IMG/VR virus record: IMGVR_UViG_3300030376_001116
Span: 1 to 24,012 of that record
Source: a virus
Taxonomy: Duplodnaviria > Caudoviricetes
Length of the DNA stretch: 24,012 bases
Reading direction: 5' to 3' (one strand)
In this document: in pieces, positions 1 to 8,740 of the stretch
How positions within the stretch are numbered: position 1 is the first letter of the stretch
Layout: each line of letters starts with the position of its first letter
Translations under genes and position numbers: made by a program
Notes under the pieces: model-generated
Seen by the model: the letters and a program-made list of their open reading frames with translations, nothing else
Databases searched by the model: none
What the model was told of the DNA's origin: nothing

Positions 1-70
1 TGGTCATCCGAAGGCTCGAAATCTTTTTAGCGTGGAAAATTTGACGACCTTAACAACTTCGCAAGTTGGT

Positions 71-87
71 TTACTATGTAGTCGTAG
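71..87 (+). promoter_or_regulatory. Putative late promoter TTACTATGTAGTCGTAG
   Basis: TAnnnT hexamer TACTAT (72-77) upstream of terS; similar sequences before 7785 and 16866. Confidence 0.42.
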
Positions 88-107
88 GGACTTAACAAAT
101 AGGCTAA

Positions 108-620
108 ATGTTCATTACTTTTGCAGACTTAGCAAAGCTGAAAGGCGTTAGCAGATCAGCGGTTTCGCAGAGAAGGCAAACGGGAATATTAAAGGATGCA
201 ATTGTTAAGGTGAACGGTCGGGAGTTACTTAACAAAGATGAAGCGGTGAGATTATGGGAACAAAATAGTGTTCCAGCTCCAAACCCAATTACAGCTCAGA
301 CGAAGAAAGAATTAAAGAAACAAGTTGATGGAATGGCAGCGGATGAAATACCTGATTTCAATATTTCACGTGCGAAGAAAGAATTTTATACAGCAGAATT
401 AGCAAGGATACAGGTAGAACAACAAAAGAAAGAATTGATAAGTGCAAAGGAAGTTGAAAAGAAAAGTTTTGAAATGGCGGTTGGGATACGAGAAGCATTT
501 TTAACGCTACCTGATCGGGTTAGTAATTTATTTGCTAGTGAAACTGATGCGTCAGCAATTGATTCTGTTATGCGTCAAGAAATTCATAGTTGTTTAGAAA
601 GATTTATAGAGGCAGCATGA
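108..620 (+). CDS. terS: Terminase small subunit, lambda Nu1-like
   Basis: N-terminal HTH-like segment (ITFADLAKLKGVSRSAVSQ), Nu1-like coiled coil (SRAKKEFYTAELARIQVEQQKKELI), directly upstream of terL with an ATGA overlap at 617-620. Confidence 0.88.
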   Translation: MFITFADLAKLKGVSRSAVSQRRQTGILKDAIVKVNGRELLNKDEAVRLWEQNSVPAPNPITAQTKKELKKQVDGMAADEIPDFNISRAKKEFYTAELARIQVEQQKKELISAKEVEKKSFEMAVGIREAFLTLPDRVSNLFASETDASAIDSVMRQEIHSCLERFIEAA

Positions 621-2494
621 ACCCATTTCAGAAAGGATTTATAGAGGGCATTATCCCGCCTAAACCGATGACGGTTAGCGACTGGAGCGATAAAAATCGA
701 AGGTTAAGCAGTAAGGGAAGTAGCGAGCCGGGACCGTGGCGAACAGATAGAACGCCATATTTAAAAGAGCCAATGGATTGTTTATCGGTGACGAATACCG
801 ATGTTCAAAGAGTTGTAATGATGTTTGGCGCTCAAACAGGCAAAACAGAAGCGGGTATTAATTTCCTCCTTTATACGATTGATCATTGCCCTAGTTCTGT
901 TCTTTGTGTAGCTGCGTCGTTAGACATGGTGAAAAGAATGAGCCGTCAAAGGTTAGAGCCTGCCTTTGAAGAAACGCCCGTTATAAAAGCGAAGATTGCC
1001 CCGCAAAGATCAAGGGATGCTAGTAATTCAATGTTTATTAAAGAGTTTCCGAATGGAATATTGATGTTGACAGGTAGTAACAGCCCCGCCGGATTGCGTA
1101 GCGCCCCCGTTAGATATTTATTCCTTGATGAAATTGATTCATACCCTTCAGATGTTGCGACCTCTGGGGGAGCTTCAGAGGGTGATCCCGTTGAATTAGC
1201 AATTAAAAGAACATCGACTTATAGCCGTAGAAAAATATTAATGACGAGTACACCAACAACAAAAGATTTCAGCAGGGTTGAAAATGAATATTTAGCGTCA
1301 GATATGCGTAAATTTTGGGTTAAATCTCCTTGTTGTGGAAAATATCAAACACTTGTTTGGGGTCAGATGAAATGGGAAAACCGCGATGCGTCTACGGCTA
1401 AATATGAGTGCGTACATTGCGGAGAAAGATTTGACGAAACACATAAAACCGCATTGTTAAGAGAGGGGGAATGGAGAGCAGAAAAGCCAATGACAAGGAA
1501 GACGGCAGGGTTTCAAATGAGTTCTTTATATAGTCCGGCGGGTTGGTTAACTTGGCCTGAATTAGTAGAAGAATTTCTACGGTCAAAAGATGACGCGCCT
1601 TTATTTAAGACCTTTGTTAATACTCGTTTAGCTGAAACATTTGACGAAAGCTATCAATCACAATTATCAGCCGAGGCGCTATTAGAACGGTGTGAAAAAT
1701 ATATGCCCGGAACTATCCCGGAGGACGTTTTGTTTTTGGTGGGTGGTGTAGATATTCAGGGTGGAGGAGGAACAAAAGACGAACGTATCGAAGTTAGTAC
1801 TTGGGGGATAGCTCCAGACGAACACATGTATTTAATTCAGCATGACGTTATCTATGGCGATCCAAATCAAGGGACGGTATGGGAGGGGTTAGATATATTA
1901 CTGACAAATGAATATGAACATCCAAACGGCGGTAAGTTAAAAATTGAATGTTGTGCAATTGATACAGGTGGTTTAGCAACGCAGGCCGTTTATAACTATT
2001 GCCGTCAACGTCAAGGGCTAGGGGTAATTGGAATTAAAGGAAGCAGCCAATCAGGAAAACCAGCAATCGGGCGCGGTTCACGGGTTGATCTTAATTACAG
2101 GGGTAAGGCAATAAAAAAAGGTGTAATTGTTTATATGGTTGGTTCAGATACGATAAAAGACGTTTTGTTTGCTAGACTAAAATTCAATGACAAACTGCAT
2201 TTTCACGCACAAACGACGGAAGAATATTTTAAACAATTTACAGGTGAAAGACGGGTATTAAAGAAAAACGGTAGAGGTACGGAATACGTTCAGAAAAAGA
2301 ATCAAAACGTAGAGGCGTTGGATACTGCTGTTTATGCTTATGCAGCCCTTAATCATCTCTATCAACGCTTTCCTCGCGGTAAAATCTATCAAATCTTTGC
2401 TAATCGACTCTTAAAATCGCTTAATTCAACTAAGGAAAATACGCTAAACTCTAAGAAACCTACGTCTAAGCAGGGTTATGTTCACAAATGGTAA
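617..2494 (+). CDS. terL: Terminase large subunit, lambda gpA family
   Basis: gpA-type N-terminus (PGPWRTDRTPYLKEPMD), Walker A GAQTGKTE, Walker B YLFLDEID, STPT coupling motif, Cys pairs (PCCG...CVHCG), nuclease GVDIQ and NVEALD. Start moved from 590 to the ATG at 617, which overlaps the terS stop. Confidence 0.96.
   Translation: MNPFQKGFIEGIIPPKPMTVSDWSDKNRRLSSKGSSEPGPWRTDRTPYLKEPMDCLSVTNTDVQRVVMMFGAQTGKTEAGINFLLYTIDHCPSSVLCVAASLDMVKRMSRQRLEPAFEETPVIKAKIAPQRSRDASNSMFIKEFPNGILMLTGSNSPAGLRSAPVRYLFLDEIDSYPSDVATSGGASEGDPVELAIKRTSTYSRRKILMTSTPTTKDFSRVENEYLASDMRKFWVKSPCCGKYQTLVWGQMKWENRDASTAKYECVHCGERFDETHKTALLREGEWRAEKPMTRKTAGFQMSSLYSPAGWLTWPELVEEFLRSKDDAPLFKTFVNTRLAETFDESYQSQLSAEALLERCEKYMPGTIPEDVLFLVGGVDIQGGGGTKDERIEVSTWGIAPDEHMYLIQHDVIYGDPNQGTVWEGLDILLTNEYEHPNGGKLKIECCAIDTGGLATQAVYNYCRQRQGLGVIGIKGSSQSGKPAIGRGSRVDLNYRGKAIKKGVIVYMVGSDTIKDVLFARLKFNDKLHFHAQTTEEYFKQFTGERRVLKKNGRGTEYVQKKNQNVEALDTAVYAYAALNHLYQRFPRGKIYQIFANRLLKSLNSTKENTLNSKKPTSKQGYVHKW
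2461..2473 (+). promoter_or_regulatory. Recurring motif TACGTCTAAGCAG (copy 1)
   Basis: Starts 43 nt before the 2504 start; near-identical copies at 4530 and 8741. Confidence 0.5.
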
Positions 2495-2503
2495 GGGGTT
2501 GCG

Positions 2504-3073
2504 ATGAGTATTCCGGCAAGCTTTCGTTCAGGCTCAACTATTAAATGGCGTGATGATGCTGTTTCTGATCCCTTTGGCGAACCCATGCAAAGTACCGATG
2601 GATGGGCGTTAAAGTATTACATTCGGACAAATGCAGCATTAGGACATACCGCAACAGGAACCGCATACGGAACAGGTTGGGAATTTACTATCAGCGCTAC
2701 GTCAACAGCGTCATTAACGGCGGGTGATTATTTTTGGCAATCAGAAGCATCGAAAGGCGCTGAAAAATATGAAATAGGAACGGGTCAATTAGAGATTTTG
2801 CAATCGCTTACCTATACAGGCAATGCAACCGCTATTAATGACAAGTCACAAATTCAACAAGATTTAGAAGCAATACAATCAGCAATTAGAACGTTAGTTA
2901 GTGGGGGTGTTGTTAAGGAATATTCAATTGGAGGACGCAGCCTTAAGAAATATGAGTTATCGGATTTGATGACTTTAGAGAGTCGATATAAGTTCCAATT
3001 AAAGAGAGAACAAAAGGCGCAAGATATAGCAAACGGTCTAGGTAATCCACATCAAATTTTAGTTAGGTTTTAA
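2504..3073 (+). CDS. Head completion/adaptor protein, gpW-like C-terminal domain with an extra N-terminal beta domain
   Basis: Lies between terL and portal, like lambda W. C-terminal LEAIQSAIRTLVSGGVVKEYSIGGRSLKKYELSDL matches the gpW helix-hairpin-helix pattern. Confidence 0.75.
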   Translation: MSIPASFRSGSTIKWRDDAVSDPFGEPMQSTDGWALKYYIRTNAALGHTATGTAYGTGWEFTISATSTASLTAGDYFWQSEASKGAEKYEIGTGQLEILQSLTYTGNATAINDKSQIQQDLEAIQSAIRTLVSGGVVKEYSIGGRSLKKYELSDLMTLESRYKFQLKREQKAQDIANGLGNPHQILVRF

Positions 3074-3075
3074 TC

Positions 3076-4590
3076 ATGGGAATTGCAAACGCTTGGCGTG
3101 AATTGTGGAGGGCTAACCCTTCGACAATAGAAAAACCTGTTAAGCAACGTACTTATGCAGGGGCGCAAATGAGCCGCCTTACTAGCGGTTGGGTTACATC
3201 AACTAACAGCGCAGACAATGACATTAAAGGTAGTTTGAAAAAGCTACGGAATAGGTCAAGGCAGTTAATCCGCGATGTTGATTATTGCAAAAATGCAGTT
3301 AGAGCAATTACTGACAATGTTGTTGGTACTGGTATTAGGTTGCAATCGCAAATCAGGCAACAACGAGGCGGTAAATACAATCAACGTTTAAACGATCAAG
3401 TCGAAAAAGCGTTTGAGGAATGGAGTCATGCGGATTCATGCGACGTAGCTGGAAAACTTTGTTTTAATGATCTTTGTCGGTCAGCGGTTTCAAACTGGGT
3501 TGAATCAGGGGAAGTATTTATAAGAATTATTAGAGGTAAAACATTTGGTAATAGCTCTATTGCTTTAGCTCTTCAATTGTTAGAGAGCGATATGGTTGAC
3601 GAGGATTATCAAGGTAAAGCGCCTAAAGACCATGAATGGCGAATGGGTGTATTAGTCGATAAATGGGGTAGACCTAAAAAGTACGCTGTATTTTTGAGAC
3701 ATCCGGGGGACACCTTGTTTGTTGGTACGCCTGCTAATCAAAAACGACATATCTTTATTGATGCAAAAGACGTAATTCATTTAGCCAAATTTGAAAGACC
3801 CGGACAAACTCGCGGGGTTCCTTGGTTATCCTCTGCGATTCAAAGGATGCACCATTTAGAAGGATATGAACAGGCAGAAATAATTTCTAAGCGTATTAAC
3901 TCGGCTCAAACCGCATGGATACAAAGTCCAGAGGGTGAACTAAACGGTGATGATGTTGTTGACGGTGAAAGAGTGTATGACCTTAGTCCCGGTCAGGTGA
4001 ACTTTCTTGCGGCTGGAGAAACCGTTCACGTTCCAAATTTAGATAATAATTCTGGTCAATTTGAACCATTCTTAAGGGCAATGTTAAGGGCGTTGAGCGC
4101 TGGTATCGGTGTTAGTTATTCAACCTTGTCTAGAGATAGCAGTCAGTCTAATTACAGTTCGAGTCGATTAGATTTGTTACAAGATCAGGAAGCGTTTAAG
4201 GCGATTCAATATCAATTAAAGGAAGTTTTCTTAGAAGTAATTTTTAAAGAGTGGTTAGAAGTTGCTGTTCTATCTGGATCATTAGAATTACCAAATTATC
4301 AAATGCAACCGAAACTTTACCAATCGGCTCGGTGGATGTTTAAAGGCTATGGGTGGGTAGACCCAATGAAAGAAACACAAAGTAATCAACTTGCAGTTTC
4401 AAGCGGTTTTAAACTTCAATCTGAGGTTTTGGCGGAGCGCGGTTTAGATCTAGAGGAATTTTTAACAGCTAGGAAAAATGAGATAGATATGGCACAACAA
4501 TTAGGGTTAAATTTTGAGCCTCAGCTAAATACGCCTAAGCAGACTAAAGTAGACGAAACTAATACTCAAGATAACGACGATGAAACGTGA
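3076..4590 (+). CDS. Portal protein, lambda gpB family
   Basis: Motifs LRNRSRQL, RPGQTRGVPWL, SQSNYSSSR and WVDPMKE; 504 aa; expected position. Confidence 0.95.
   Translation: MGIANAWRELWRANPSTIEKPVKQRTYAGAQMSRLTSGWVTSTNSADNDIKGSLKKLRNRSRQLIRDVDYCKNAVRAITDNVVGTGIRLQSQIRQQRGGKYNQRLNDQVEKAFEEWSHADSCDVAGKLCFNDLCRSAVSNWVESGEVFIRIIRGKTFGNSSIALALQLLESDMVDEDYQGKAPKDHEWRMGVLVDKWGRPKKYAVFLRHPGDTLFVGTPANQKRHIFIDAKDVIHLAKFERPGQTRGVPWLSSAIQRMHHLEGYEQAEIISKRINSAQTAWIQSPEGELNGDDVVDGERVYDLSPGQVNFLAAGETVHVPNLDNNSGQFEPFLRAMLRALSAGIGVSYSTLSRDSSQSNYSSSRLDLLQDQEAFKAIQYQLKEVFLEVIFKEWLEVAVLSGSLELPNYQMQPKLYQSARWMFKGYGWVDPMKETQSNQLAVSSGFKLQSEVLAERGLDLEEFLTARKNEIDMAQQLGLNFEPQLNTPKQTKVDETNTQDNDDET
4530..4557 (+). promoter_or_regulatory. 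Recurring motif TACGCCTAAGCAG (copy 2) with -10-like TAAAGT and inverted half-site TAGACGAA
   Basis: Starts 50 nt before the protease-capsid start; 12/13 identity to copy 1. Confidence 0.5.
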
Positions 4591-6418
4591 TTTTGAAAAC
4601 CAATTAGTTCAACGTGGTTTTGCGTTGGATGTAAGGGAGGTCGAAAAAGAAGATCGAACCCTTGAATTTCCGTTTAGTTCTGAAGAGCCTGTTACTCGTT
4701 ATTTCGGTAATGAAGTTTTAGAGCATAGAGAACAAAGCGCAGATTTAAACCGTTTAAATGACGGTGCGCCCCTACTTTGGAACCATGATCCTGACAAGGT
4801 TATTGGTGTTGTTGAAAGGGCATGGATTGATGAAAAGAAAAAACGCGGTTATGCAAAAGTTAGATTTAGTGAAGAGGAATTTGCATCGTCAAAATTTAGA
4901 GATATTAAAAACGGAATTATCAGAAATATCTCATTTGGTTATGTCATAAAAGACTCAGTACAAAAGAAAGGAACTGAGGACGTAGTGATTCGTAACTGGG
5001 AAGCTTTCGAAATTAGTGCGGTTGCAATACCCGCTGATGCATCGATTGGGATAAATAGATCTGCTGTTTCTACTGTTTCTACGCAGAAAGAAGATAATAT
5101 AGTGCAAGAGCGTAAAACCTCAGCGTCTTCTGACGCACCCTCAAACCCTAGTTCTACAGAAAATCAAATGACCACATCCAAAGAAACATTGGAGGTGCGT
5201 TCAGAAACTATTGATACCGACAAGGTATTGAAGACTGAGCGTAGCCGTATTTCAGACATTCAGGCAGTTGCAGAAAAGTACGACCTAAAAGATTTAGGTA
5301 ATGAGTATGTAAGAAGCGGCAAATCTGTTGCTGAGTTTAACGCTGCTGTTTTAAGAGAGTGGAAGCCAGAGGCATTAGCTCCAAAGGCTGACGCTGCTGA
5401 CATCGGCATGGAAGAAAAAGAGGTTAGAAACTTCTCATGGTTAAGAGCCATGAACTATTTAGCTAACCCAAATGATGCAGGCGCTAGAGAATCTGCAAGT
5501 TTTGAAATTGAAGTATCAGAGGCCGCCGCTGCAAAACGTGGAAAGGCATCCGCTGGTATCACAATCCCTAATGATGTACTTCGCAGAGATCTAAAAACTA
5601 CTCCAGCAACAGCGGGCGGTAATTTAGTTGAAACTGTTTTAGATAGTGCAAATTTCATCGACCTGTTAAGAAATGCAAGCGCATTAAATCAAGCGGGTGC
5701 AACTGTTCTAACTGGTTTAGAAGGAAATTTAGCTATTCCAAAACAGACAGGAAGTGCAAGCGCATATTGGGTTGCTGAGTCCGGCGCTCCTACTGAAAGT
5801 CAACAGACAATCGGTCAGGTTTCAATGGTTCCTAGAACTGTTGGCGCTTTCACAGACATTTCAAGAAAGCTAATCATTCAATCATCAATAGATGTTGAAA
5901 ACATGGTTAGATCTGATCTTGCTGCTGTTTTAGCTCTAGAAATTGACCGCGCTGCTTTATATGGTTCCGGCGTAGCTTCTGAGCCTCTCGGTTTACACAA
6001 TGTTGCGGGTATTGGCGGGCAAGCTTTTGCGGCTGGTAACAACCCAACCTTTGCGGAAGCCGTAGGAATGGAAAGCGACGTTGCAACAGCAAACGCATTG
6101 CGTGGAAGTGCTTCTTATATCACTAACGCGACAATTCGCGGAAACATGAAGGTTAGGGCTAAAGATTCAGGTTCAGGTTTATTCCTCTGGACAGGTGACA
6201 ACACCGTTAATGGATACCCTGCTTACCTATCTAACCAATGTGAAGCAGGCGACGTTTGGTTCGGTGTTTGGTCTGATTTGATTATGGGTTATTGGTCAGG
6301 TCTTGATCTAATGGCTGATCCATATACTCATTCAACATCCGGCACAATTAGAATCCGCGTTTTACAAGATTGCGACGTTGCAATCCGTCACGCTGGTTCC
6401 TTCTGCTTAGGTGCTTAG
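4580..6418 (+). CDS. Fused prohead protease (HK97-type, peptidase S78) and HK97-fold major capsid protein
   Basis: Protease motifs PLLWNHD, IIRNISFGY and WEAFEISAVAIPAD in the first ~160 aa, then a low-complexity linker and helical scaffold-like segment. Capsid motifs AGGNLV, IPKQTGSASAYWVAE, DRAALYGSG and DVAIRHAGSF follow. Confidence 0.93.
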   Translation: MKRDFENQLVQRGFALDVREVEKEDRTLEFPFSSEEPVTRYFGNEVLEHREQSADLNRLNDGAPLLWNHDPDKVIGVVERAWIDEKKKRGYAKVRFSEEEFASSKFRDIKNGIIRNISFGYVIKDSVQKKGTEDVVIRNWEAFEISAVAIPADASIGINRSAVSTVSTQKEDNIVQERKTSASSDAPSNPSSTENQMTTSKETLEVRSETIDTDKVLKTERSRISDIQAVAEKYDLKDLGNEYVRSGKSVAEFNAAVLREWKPEALAPKADAADIGMEEKEVRNFSWLRAMNYLANPNDAGARESASFEIEVSEAAAAKRGKASAGITIPNDVLRRDLKTTPATAGGNLVETVLDSANFIDLLRNASALNQAGATVLTGLEGNLAIPKQTGSASAYWVAESGAPTESQQTIGQVSMVPRTVGAFTDISRKLIIQSSIDVENMVRSDLAAVLALEIDRAALYGSGVASEPLGLHNVAGIGGQAFAAGNNPTFAEAVGMESDVATANALRGSASYITNATIRGNMKVRAKDSGSGLFLWTGDNTVNGYPAYLSNQCEAGDVWFGVWSDLIMGYWSGLDLMADPYTHSTSGTIRIRVLQDCDVAIRHAGSFCLGA

Positions 6419-6420
6419 TA

Positions 6421-6636
6421 ATGAAGATTGAAGCCCTTCGCACTTTTATGTTGTCGGGTGAAATGGTTAAAACAGGGGAGGTCGTCGAGGCTTCTTCTGT
6501 TGATGCCTTAGCACTTATCAATTTAGAAAAGGCGAAAGAGGCAGTCGTTTGCGAGGTTCCTAAAAAAGAGCCTGCGCCAAAGGCAAAAAAAACAACTCCT
6601 AAATCTAAAAAACCTTTACCCACTTCTGACAAGTGA
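6421..6636 (+). CDS. Small head-associated protein with K/P-rich basic tail (positional analogue of lambda gpFI)
   Basis: ATG 2 nt after the capsid stop (more plausible than the 6370 start), GTGA overlap with the next gene. Function inferred from position only. Confidence 0.55.
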   Translation: MKIEALRTFMLSGEMVKTGEVVEASSVDALALINLEKAKEAVVCEVPKKEPAPKAKKTTPKSKKPLPTSDK

Positions 6637-7010
6637 CTATTCAAAACTTAGGCTCTAAGCCAACGCTAGTTTCATTACTAGGCAACGACGTTGTAGCTGC
6701 TACAGGTGTAGGCAGCGCAATTGATTTGCAAGGAAAAGAAGGCTCAGGCGCTTTTATCCTTACTGCTGAGGCAGGCGGTTCAGGTATTACCTACGCGGTA
6801 AAAATTACTGAATGTGCAACTAGCGGCGGTACTTATTCAGACGTAACAGACGGCGCATTTACAACAACGGATGCAAACACCGCATTAGTTGAAAAAATCG
6901 CTCTTAATGTTTCTGACCTTAAGCGTTACATCAAAGTAAGTACAACCGTTGCGGGCGGTACAGGAGCAGGGGCATTAGCCGTTGTTGCTTTACTTGGTAC
7001 TAAGTACTAA
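6633..7010 (+). CDS. Putative capsid decoration/cement protein
   Basis: 125 aa, rich in Gly/Ala/Thr, with a beta-sandwich-like pattern ending LKRYIKVSTTVAGG; adjacent to the capsid genes. Confidence 0.55.
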   Translation: MTIQNLGSKPTLVSLLGNDVVAATGVGSAIDLQGKEGSGAFILTAEAGGSGITYAVKITECATSGGTYSDVTDGAFTTTDANTALVEKIALNVSDLKRYIKVSTTVAGGTGAGALAVVALLGTKY

Positions 7011-7018
7011 AAGATTCG

Positions 7019-7300
7019 GTGTCATTTACTAATGACTTAACTGAAATGTTTGGCGGCCCCTTTGGAGTTTCAGCAACTTCAGGGGGGACAACCGCTAATG
7101 GCATTTTGGATTCACCGACATCAGTTATTGCAGGCGATCAAATATTGACAACAGAATATATTTTTCATTGTAAAAATTCAGATTTTGGAACCTTAATCGC
7201 TGGAAGTGCGATCACAGTAGGGGGCGTAGCTTATACGGTTAGACAAAACGAAGCGGGATTAGACGGATTAACCCGTGAAATTTCTTTATCTAAAAACTAA
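7019..7300 (+). CDS. Head-tail joining (head closure) protein, gpFII-like
   Basis: 93 aa with a gpFII-like pattern (GILDSP...GSAITVGGVAYTVRQ...DGLTREISL); GTG start; neck position. Confidence 0.75.
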   Translation: MSFTNDLTEMFGGPFGVSATSGGTTANGILDSPTSVIAGDQILTTEYIFHCKNSDFGTLIAGSAITVGGVAYTVRQNEAGLDGLTREISLSKN

Positions 7301-7737
7301 TGACGACTAAAAGAGAAAATATCTTAGATCAAATTAAAACGAGTTTGGCTAATACCACCAACGTCGGAACGAGGATCTACAGGAGCCGGGTCGTGCCTTT
7401 GGCGCGTAACGAATCACCCGCGTTAGTGATTGAACCTGTTAGTGATACTTGTGAACAGAATCTTTCTTTACCTAAACTTGATTGGTCGTTAACGGTCAGA
7501 ATTTCAATTATTGTTCGAGCTAGTACAAGTGATGATGTTCCAGATTCCGTAGCTGATCCTATTGTCGAATCAGTTCACTCAAAGATGACAGCAGACTTAA
7601 CGTTAAATAGTACCTGTATTGATGTTCAACCCCAAAGCGTAAGTTTTGAAATGGTAGATGCTGATCAAGCGGCGGGAGTAATCGGGATGGATTTCCTAAT
7701 TAGATATAGAACTAGCGTTAATTCTGTTACTGCGTAG
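7300..7737 (+). CDS. Tail terminator, gpU-like
   Basis: KRENILDQIKTSL...RIYRSRVVPL...PALVI pattern and C-terminal FLIRYRT; immediately before the tail tube gene; TAATG overlap. Confidence 0.75.
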   Translation: MTTKRENILDQIKTSLANTTNVGTRIYRSRVVPLARNESPALVIEPVSDTCEQNLSLPKLDWSLTVRISIIVRASTSDDVPDSVADPIVESVHSKMTADLTLNSTCIDVQPQSVSFEMVDADQAAGVIGMDFLIRYRTSVNSVTA

Positions 7738-7744
7738 GCATATC

Positions 7745-7764
7745 AGACTATTATGTAAGCATAT
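7745..7764 (+). promoter_or_regulatory. Putative late promoter AGACTATTATGTAAGCATAT
   Basis: Intergenic, upstream of the major tube gene; AGACTnnTATGTAA is shared with 16837-16850. Confidence 0.45.
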
Positions 7765-7784
7765 AGATTCAGATTGATTGAGCG

Positions 7785-8720
7785 ATGCCAAAGCTAACGA
7801 GATTAAGAACGATTCTTTGCAAAATTGAATCGAGTTATGCGTCAGACCCTACACCAACTGGCGGGAGTAATGCTATTGAAGTACGCAACCTAGAAATCAC
7901 GCCTTTAGAGGCTGATGTTGTAGAGCGTGAAACCATTCGCGGCTATCTCGGCAACTATCCTCAACTATTGGCACAACAAAGAGTCAGTCTAACGTTTGAG
8001 GTGGAATTAGCTTCGAGTGGAGCCGCCGGAACTGCGCCAGCATGGGGGCCAGCCATGAAAGCTTGCGCGATGTCTCAGACAATTGTCAGCTCTACCTCTG
8101 TTACCTATGCCCCAGTAAGTAGCTCGTTTGATTCTTGTACTTTCTACGTTGGCATTGATGGCATCAGACATAAAATTACAGGTGCAAGAGGAAGTTTTTC
8201 ATTGTCAGCAAGTGTTGGAGAGATACCAGTTATAAGCTTTACATTTACTGGAATTTATAACGACCCAACAGATACCGCGTTGCCATCTTGTACTTATGCC
8301 AATCAAGCCGATCCTGTAATTTTCAAAAATGGAAATACAACAGCGCTTCAAATATTTTCTTATTCGGCAAGTTTGCAATCATTTAGTTACGACCAAAACA
8401 ACGAAACAATTTATAACGAGTTCGTAGGTGGTACAAAAGAAATTTTAGTTACAGATAGAAAGCCAGCGGGTGAGGCAGTAATTGAAGCGCCTGCCCTTTC
8501 TGCTAAGAACTTCTTTACCACTGCAACAGGATCAGCAACAGGCAATTTAACGTTCCAGCATGGTCAAACCGCTGGTAATAAAGTTACCTTTACCGCTGGT
8601 CAAATTGACATCGCGTCGCCTGCTTATACAGAAGAGAACGGCATACAAATGCTTTCCTTACCCTATGTTGCAACACCAACATCAGCAGGGAACAACGAAA
8701 TATCTCTTGCTTTAACTTAA
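7785..8720 (+). CDS. Major tail tube protein
   Basis: 311 aa; N-terminal KIESSYASDPTP, HKITGARGSFSL and C-terminal AGNNEISLALT; lies between terminator and chaperone genes. Confidence 0.85.
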   Translation: MPKLTRLRTILCKIESSYASDPTPTGGSNAIEVRNLEITPLEADVVERETIRGYLGNYPQLLAQQRVSLTFEVELASSGAAGTAPAWGPAMKACAMSQTIVSSTSVTYAPVSSSFDSCTFYVGIDGIRHKITGARGSFSLSASVGEIPVISFTFTGIYNDPTDTALPSCTYANQADPVIFKNGNTTALQIFSYSASLQSFSYDQNNETIYNEFVGGTKEILVTDRKPAGEAVIEAPALSAKNFFTTATGSATGNLTFQHGQTAGNKVTFTAGQIDIASPAYTEENGIQMLSLPYVATPTSAGNNEISLALT

Positions 8721-8740
8721 TAGAGGGTCTACCCTGTTAA

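Noticed and set aside
41-77. Sigma70 promoter TTGACG (41-46) with TACTAT (72-77)
   Set aside because: The spacer is 25 nt, incompatible with the 16-18 nt requirement.
590-616. Extended N-termini of track ORFs at 590 (also 6370 and 11636)
   Set aside because: Downstream starts (617, 6421, 11660) give tighter coupling and family-like N-termini.
617-2494. Intein or intron in terL
   Set aside because: Length (625 aa) is normal for gpA, the frame is uninterrupted and no splicing or homing endonuclease motifs are seen.
8721-8740. Terminator after the tube gene (AGGG-TCTA-CCCT)
   Set aside because: Only a 4-bp stem and no U-tract. No convincing intrinsic terminator was found anywhere in the window.
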